NCBI GenBank assembly: GCA_038228695.1
Contig: JBBRPA010000004.1
Location: 18,318-82,317, forward strand
DNA from: Chthoniobacterales bacterium
Lineage (GTDB): Bacteria > Verrucomicrobiota > Verrucomicrobiia > Chthoniobacterales > DASVRZ01
Direction: 5' to 3'
DNA length: 64,000 nucleotides
Below, piece after piece: positions 59,475 through 64,000 of this stretch. The notes under the pieces were generated by a model, which saw only the letters and a program-made list of their open reading frames with translations, was not told where the DNA came from and searched no databases. How positions within the stretch are numbered: the stretch's first letter is position 1; every line of letters begins with the position of its first letter. A program made the translations under genes and the position numbers.

Positions 59475-60200
59475 TCACCGTGGGCCTCGGGTTCGCATCC
59501 GGATAACGTCGAGGAGCATTTGCAGGCTATCGCGAAGGATGTGGACCTTGCTGTCGATTGAATTTCGCCATTCCACCGGGAGATCGCGCATCTGGAAGCC
59601 ATGGCGCCGGGCGAGAAGGAGAATTTCCACGTCGAAGGCGAAGCCGTCGGTTTGCTGGGCGGTGAAAAGATCGGTCACGACCCGCTTCCGAAACGCCTTG
59701 AACCCACATTGCGTGTCGCGCAACGGGATGCCCGACAGCAGGCGCACGAGACGATTGAAAGTCTGCCCCATGTTTCTCCGCAACCAACCTTGCGCGGCCA
59801 CGATATCACTTCCCGGATGCTGCCGGTTACCGACGAGAATGTCTGTCTTAGGATCACGCTCGAATTCGGCCAGAAAATCGGCCACCGTTTCGACAGGCAC
59901 GCTCAGGTCGGCGTCCATGAAAAAAACCATCTCGCCGCGCGCGGCCAGCATACCCCGTTTCACCGCGTAACCCTTGCCCCGCTGCAGTTCCCCAGGCAGA
60001 ATTCGAAATGCCGGATGGGTCGCCGCAAAATCGAGGGCAACTTGCAGCGTCGCATCCGTGCTTTTCTCGATCGCGATCAACACTTCGGCGTTTTTTCCCG
60101 CGAGAAAATCCGCCAACCGCGCGAGCGTCAGGGGCAGCCGCGATTCCTCGTTGAACGCCGGAATGACGATGGACAAGGTGGGGTCATTTTCCGATAACAT
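59475..60200 (-). CDS. GT2 glycosyltransferase, polyprenyl/dolichyl-phosphate glucosyl- or mannosyl-transferase-like
   Basis: 241-aa ORF with 'LSIVIPAFNEESRLPLTL', the DxD block 'FFMDADLS' and 'RDTQCGFKAF'. Confidence 0.82.
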   Translation of the reverse strand: MLSENDPTLSIVIPAFNEESRLPLTLARLADFLAGKNAEVLIAIEKSTDATLQVALDFAATHPAFRILPGELQRGKGYAVKRGMLAARGEMVFFMDADLSVPVETVADFLAEFERDPKTDILVGNRQHPGSDIVAAQGWLRRNMGQTFNRLVRLLSGIPLRDTQCGFKAFRKRVVTDLFTAQQTDGFAFDVEILLLARRHGFQMRDLPVEWRNSIDSKVHILRDSLQMLLDVIRMRTRGPR

Positions 60201-60206
60201 GATGCA

Positions 60207-61763
60207 ATGTCCGTTCTATCCGCCGACCCGAAGGAAAACAAGCTTGCCCGCCGGATGTTCTGGGTGGTCCTGATTTGCGCGGCCGTTTTCCGCGTTCTCT
60301 TTCTCGATCTCAAACCCGCCCATTTCGACGAGGGTATTAATGGCTGGTTCGTCGATCAGATGGTGAAAAACGGGTGTTATCAATACGACCCAACCAACTA
60401 CCACGGACCGCTTCATTTCTACGTCGAATTTCTTTCACTCACCGTATTTGGCCGCAACCTCTGGGCGCTCCGGTTGCCGGTGGTCGTGGTCGGATTACTT
60501 ACGATCTGGATGGCATGGGCCTTCCGGCGCTTTCTCGGAAACCGGGCTGCTTTGCTCGCAGCGGCGGGAATGGCGCTGTCACCAGGGTTTGTTTTTTTCC
60601 AGCGTTACGCAATTCACGAAACGTGGCTGGTCCTCTTTCTGATGCAACTGGTCTGGGGCATTCTCGAACTTGTTGCGCACGGCAGTCGCCGGGGTTTGTT
60701 TGCCGTGGTAGTCGGCGCGACGGGATGCGTGCTAACCAAAGAAACCTATGCGATCCACTTTGTCGCTATCGGCCTGACCTTTCTCACCTGCGCAATTTGG
60801 CAAAAGCTCGTGCCGGTGGTGCCGGAGTGGCCACGCGCCAAGCCGCGCTGGAAGGACGATGAACTTTGGAAGGTCCTCACTCTCGCGGTCTTCGCAATAA
60901 TCTTTTTCTACTCGGGAAATTTTTTCGACGGGGCGAGATTGCGGGGAATCTTCACCACCTTTCTAACTTGGTCGCACACGGGGGTGGACAGCGCGGGTCA
61001 CATGAAAAACGACCAGCAACTCGCGCCGTTTCTAAACTATTACTGGCTCTGGTTAGGTTGGAAATTTGAGCCGCTCATGCTCCTCGGTGTGGCTGGTGCA
61101 GTGGCGGCGATTGGGAGCGTGCCGGGTCCGGTTCGTTGGCTGGCCGTTTATGCGATGGGCTGCCTCGCCGCGTATTCGCTGATCCCTTACAAAACGCCGT
61201 GGTGCGTCATTGCGATTGCGTGGCCATTCTACCTGATCGCAGGACATTTTCTCGACCGGATGCTAACCTCCCGCTGGAAATGGACGGGCGCGGCAGTGTT
61301 AGTCGCAGCGCTGATTTTTTCAAGTGCGCGCGCGATTGAGCTGAATTTTCGGAGATTCGATGACGATCGGTTGCCGTATATTTACGTGCAGACTTATCGG
61401 GATGTGAACCAGGTGCTCGATCCGATTCGAGAGCTAATTAAACGTGATCCAGAGAAAATCAATCTACGGGGCCGCGTCCATCTCGATAGTTACTATCCGT
61501 TGCCGTGGTATTGGGGCGATTTCACGCAAATCTATTATCCCAAGTCCGGCGTGTATCAGGAGGACGAAGACTCGGATTTTTTAATCTGCGATTCCTCGCG
61601 GGTGCGAGAGCTAGCAGCGCATCTCAGCGAGGGTTATTTTCTAGTTCCATTCCGGTTGCGTTCGGGGCAGGACCCGTGCACGGCATTTTTTAACGCATCG
61701 GTTTTTGACGAGGAGTTTCCAGGGAAGGCGCCAGATCTTCCGGCACGGATTCCGGAGAAGTGA
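60207..61763 (+). CDS. TIGR03663-like GT-C membrane protein (PMT-related)
   Basis: 518-aa polytopic ORF. 'FLDLKPAHFDEGINGWF' (DE) and 'YHGPLHFY' (HGP) match the invariant motifs I recall for TIGR03663. The start is 6 nt from the divergent GT2 start. Confidence 0.7.
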   Translation: MSVLSADPKENKLARRMFWVVLICAAVFRVLFLDLKPAHFDEGINGWFVDQMVKNGCYQYDPTNYHGPLHFYVEFLSLTVFGRNLWALRLPVVVVGLLTIWMAWAFRRFLGNRAALLAAAGMALSPGFVFFQRYAIHETWLVLFLMQLVWGILELVAHGSRRGLFAVVVGATGCVLTKETYAIHFVAIGLTFLTCAIWQKLVPVVPEWPRAKPRWKDDELWKVLTLAVFAIIFFYSGNFFDGARLRGIFTTFLTWSHTGVDSAGHMKNDQQLAPFLNYYWLWLGWKFEPLMLLGVAGAVAAIGSVPGPVRWLAVYAMGCLAAYSLIPYKTPWCVIAIAWPFYLIAGHFLDRMLTSRWKWTGAAVLVAALIFSSARAIELNFRRFDDDRLPYIYVQTYRDVNQVLDPIRELIKRDPEKINLRGRVHLDSYYPLPWYWGDFTQIYYPKSGVYQEDEDSDFLICDSSRVRELAAHLSEGYFLVPFRLRSGQDPCTAFFNASVFDEEFPGKAPDLPARIPEK

Positions 61764-63462
61764 GTCGGTAGAGTTCACCCCATTCTCCGGCTGCGACAAG
61801 CGGGGAGGACTCGATCCAAGGCTTGCGACTCGCTGGCCAGTTCTTTTCCTCGGATGGACCCCAGTAAAGGTAATGCACTCCGAGTTCCGCAGCGGCCAGA
61901 GTCCAATCTTCCGAACCGCTCATCAGTCGGTCCATCGCGGCCTTTTCGCTTTCGTAGGAAAGACCGTGTCCCACCATGTGACCATGGTAGCCCAGAGCGA
62001 GGCGTCTTCCGGAAAAAACGAGCGGATGGGCGTAGTCCGGTGCGGCCGCGAAGACTTCGAGAATGGGGATGTCGCGAACGACGAGGGCCACGCTCCGAAC
62101 GTGGGACGAGGTGGCGATTTCATAACCAATCTCGGAGCGACCTAGTCCCGCCCAGAGCGAAAGGAAACCGGTGAAAAAGAGCATCACGCAGGCCGTGAGC
62201 GGAACGACATTCGAGCGGGTCGCAAGCAGTGCCTTCCAGAGAAAGGGAAGAATAGTTAGCCAGCACCACATCATCAGCTTGGTGTTATCCCATTCCCAAG
62301 GCGAAAACTTGATAAAAAACGTGGCGAGAAAGAGAAGCGCGGCGGGAACGACCCAGACCAACGCGGCCCGGTTGCGTTGCCAGGTAAGCACCGCGATGAG
62401 TGCTAGGAGGAAAAGAGGCATCACGCCAAAATTCTCCCACCAATAGGCAACGGAAAAACCGGGCGGCGCCATCCATCCAAGTAACCAAGCGATTTGACTG
62501 CTGGCGTGAAATCCATCGGTGAGAAGCCAGATCAAACCCGTCGCGGGCAGGAACGCGGCGAGGCCGAGAGTTAGGAAATGCCTCCGCTCATTTCCGGCCA
62601 GGCAGAGGGTTCCAAGAATCGCTGAGAGGAAAAGAAACGTGTGAAGGTGAAAGAGCGGCATCGACGCGTAAACGAGCCACTCGAGCCAGAAAGGAAATCG
62701 ACGTGTGGAAGGCAACGCTGCTTGCATTCCCCGCCAGTGAACTAACAGCAGCAATCCAGCGGGCAAGGCATAGAGGAAGCCGCGCTGGGTCACGAAAAGC
62801 GCCAGTGGCAGGCTTTTCCAATCCATCGTTTGCTGGAAATCAATCCATTGTCCGGTCTTGAAAAAAGTGAGTCCCGCCGCACCGCCACTAAAAAGAAAGC
62901 CGGCCACGCCGAACGCCTTTCCCCAGCGGTAAAGGGCGATGCCGGTAGCGAGCGAGCAGACGATTCCGGTGACGATGAGTGTGCTCCACAAAGGCAGCCC
63001 AACGACATCGAGGAGGGCGTTAAAATAGTCGATCCCAAAAGGGTAGCCGATGGTGCTATGAGCATGGATGGGGTTGGCTGGCCAAAGCGGTGCACCGTGA
63101 GAGAAGAAACGGATGTATTGAATATGGAGCGGCAAATCGCCGAGGTTATTGCGGGAGAGAACGGCGATACGGTCTTCCTTCAAAAAAATCAGCCAGAGAA
63201 ACGCCCGCAAGGTGAAGAGCGCGAAGCAGATCGCGACGGCACTTTGCCAAACCAAAGTGTCTTTCGGTAGCGAACTGGCGGTTGCTAACTTCACCCGCCA
63301 AACGATCAAGCAGGAGGTGACAGCGCCAATGGTTAGCGCGACGATTGCGCTCGTGGTTAGTAATCCGGAAATGGAAAGAACCAGCGCAACGAGTGTGCTA
63401 ATGAGGATGAAGGAAACGGTGCCAAGCCAGATTTTTTCCAACGCGGAATGGAAGAGACGCAT
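61690..63462 (-). CDS. uncharacterised polytopic membrane protein with a soluble C-terminal domain (GT-C-like architecture, unverified)
   Basis: 590-aa ORF with more than 10 hydrophobic segments. 'NLGDLPLHIQYIRFF' follows the early TM segments, and 'SPWEWDNTKL' lies later. 74-nt convergent overlap with 60207-61763. Confidence 0.65.
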   Translation of the reverse strand: MRLFHSALEKIWLGTVSFILISTLVALVLSISGLLTTSAIVALTIGAVTSCLIVWRVKLATASSLPKDTLVWQSAVAICFALFTLRAFLWLIFLKEDRIAVLSRNNLGDLPLHIQYIRFFSHGAPLWPANPIHAHSTIGYPFGIDYFNALLDVVGLPLWSTLIVTGIVCSLATGIALYRWGKAFGVAGFLFSGGAAGLTFFKTGQWIDFQQTMDWKSLPLALFVTQRGFLYALPAGLLLLVHWRGMQAALPSTRRFPFWLEWLVYASMPLFHLHTFLFLSAILGTLCLAGNERRHFLTLGLAAFLPATGLIWLLTDGFHASSQIAWLLGWMAPPGFSVAYWWENFGVMPLFLLALIAVLTWQRNRAALVWVVPAALLFLATFFIKFSPWEWDNTKLMMWCWLTILPFLWKALLATRSNVVPLTACVMLFFTGFLSLWAGLGRSEIGYEIATSSHVRSVALVVRDIPILEVFAAAPDYAHPLVFSGRRLALGYHGHMVGHGLSYESEKAAMDRLMSGSEDWTLAAAELGVHYLYWGPSEEKNWPASRKPWIESSPLVAAGEWGELYRLTSPESVPEDLAPSLETPRQKPMR

Positions 63463-63469
63463 GGTCGAT

Positions 63470-64000
63470 CTAACCTAGTTGATTTTCCAACGCTCTCGAC
63501 TTGGCTAACAACGGCTCGTAGCGGGCTTTTTCGGCGTTACAGAAGTCTTCCAAGGGCGCGAACGTGGTGGTGAGATCTTGATAGAAAAGTGCGATCGCAT
63601 GCTTGAGTTGGTCGTCCAAGGCGGAAACGAGCGCATCGCGTTTTTTGGTCATTTGCTCGCTGTATTCGCGGAGAATCTGATTGCGTTTGAAGACGGCCAC
63701 GATCGTTCCGCCGACTGCACCAACGGCCGCGACGGTGCCCGTGACATCCAAAATCGCGACATGGGTGAGCGCGGCGATGACGCTGGCCACTCCGCCCACC
63801 GCAGCGACCGCACCGGGGATGCGCAGCCAGGCGGCGGTCTCGCCGAAAAGGTTTTTGAGTTGGGTCTCGATTTTGCGGTCGGACATTTGTTCTAACAACG
63901 TGAGGTCGAGTTTGCGGACGACCTCGGCGCGTTGATCGAGAAAGAGGCGGGCGGTTTGCAGACGATCTGCGCTGTCACCCGCGAAGCCGCGTTGCAGACT
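63470..64000 (-). CDS. hypothetical protein, C-terminal part; the ORF is open to the window edge. Gly/Ala/Val-rich membrane hairpin flanked by helices (dynamin-like GTPase tail is possible but unverified)
   Basis: The reading frame has no stop from 64000 down to 63470. 'IPGAVAAVGGVASVIAALTHVAILDVTGTVAAVGAVGGTIVAV' is present. Confidence 0.5.
   Translation of the reverse strand, partial: SLQRGFAGDSADRLQTARLFLDQRAEVVRKLDLTLLEQMSDRKIETQLKNLFGETAAWLRIPGAVAAVGGVASVIAALTHVAILDVTGTVAAVGAVGGTIVAVFKRNQILREYSEQMTKKRDALVSALDDQLKHAIALFYQDLTTTFAPLEDFCNAEKARYEPLLAKSRALENQLG

Overview
GC-rich bacterial chromosomal window. The protein families and the dispersed inverted-repeat elements suggest a PVC/Verrucomicrobiota-like organism, but this is a tentative inference I cannot verify here. 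I can support about 60 protein genes, several gene remnants and one tRNA-Met(CAU). I see no rRNA, no CRISPR array, and no recognisable integrase, transposase or phage structural gene.

Layout:
1. cysI is followed by a decayed accessory patch (1.9-8.5 kb). It holds a methyltransferase pseudogene, a PhyH dioxygenase/AraC pair, an antitoxin-like pair, a Cys-nucleophile hydrolase, a Phd/RelE module, and three sets of interleaved direct repeats made of gene fragments (cysI 3' end, a CysO/MoaD-like sulfur-carrier 3' end, a BNR-protein 5' end).
2. Housekeeping genes follow: 5'-3' exonuclease, yraN, rnhB, rplS, rsmE.
3. A five-gene, translationally coupled minus-strand operon (16.0-22.9 kb) joins GlgE to an ABC ATPase/permease pair, a signal-anchored coiled-coil protein and an ankyrin lipoprotein.
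4. Next come leuB, then psd-pssA coupled to a GT81-like glycosyltransferase, an orphan secretin, and trpF.
5. A 16-kb envelope-glycosylation supercluster (33.5-49.7 kb) has five GT4, one GT2 and three GT-C (PMT/ArnT-like) membrane transferases. It has no recognisable initiating transferase, Wzx, Wzy or exporter, and it is interrupted by an Lhr-like helicase.
6. Then comM-like, glycerate kinase, tRNA-Met, a DUF853 ATPase, and gap-pgk-tpiA.
7. A second glycosylation module (59.5-63.5 kb) contains a polyprenyl-phosphate glycosyltransferase-like GT2, a TIGR03663-like GT-C protein and a large uncharacterised membrane protein.

The best candidates for something undescribed are the GlgE-ABC operon, the GT-C-rich glycosylation loci, and the DUF433/HicB-like pair. 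All functional links for these are inference. Protein-family calls rest on motif recognition from memory, not database searches.
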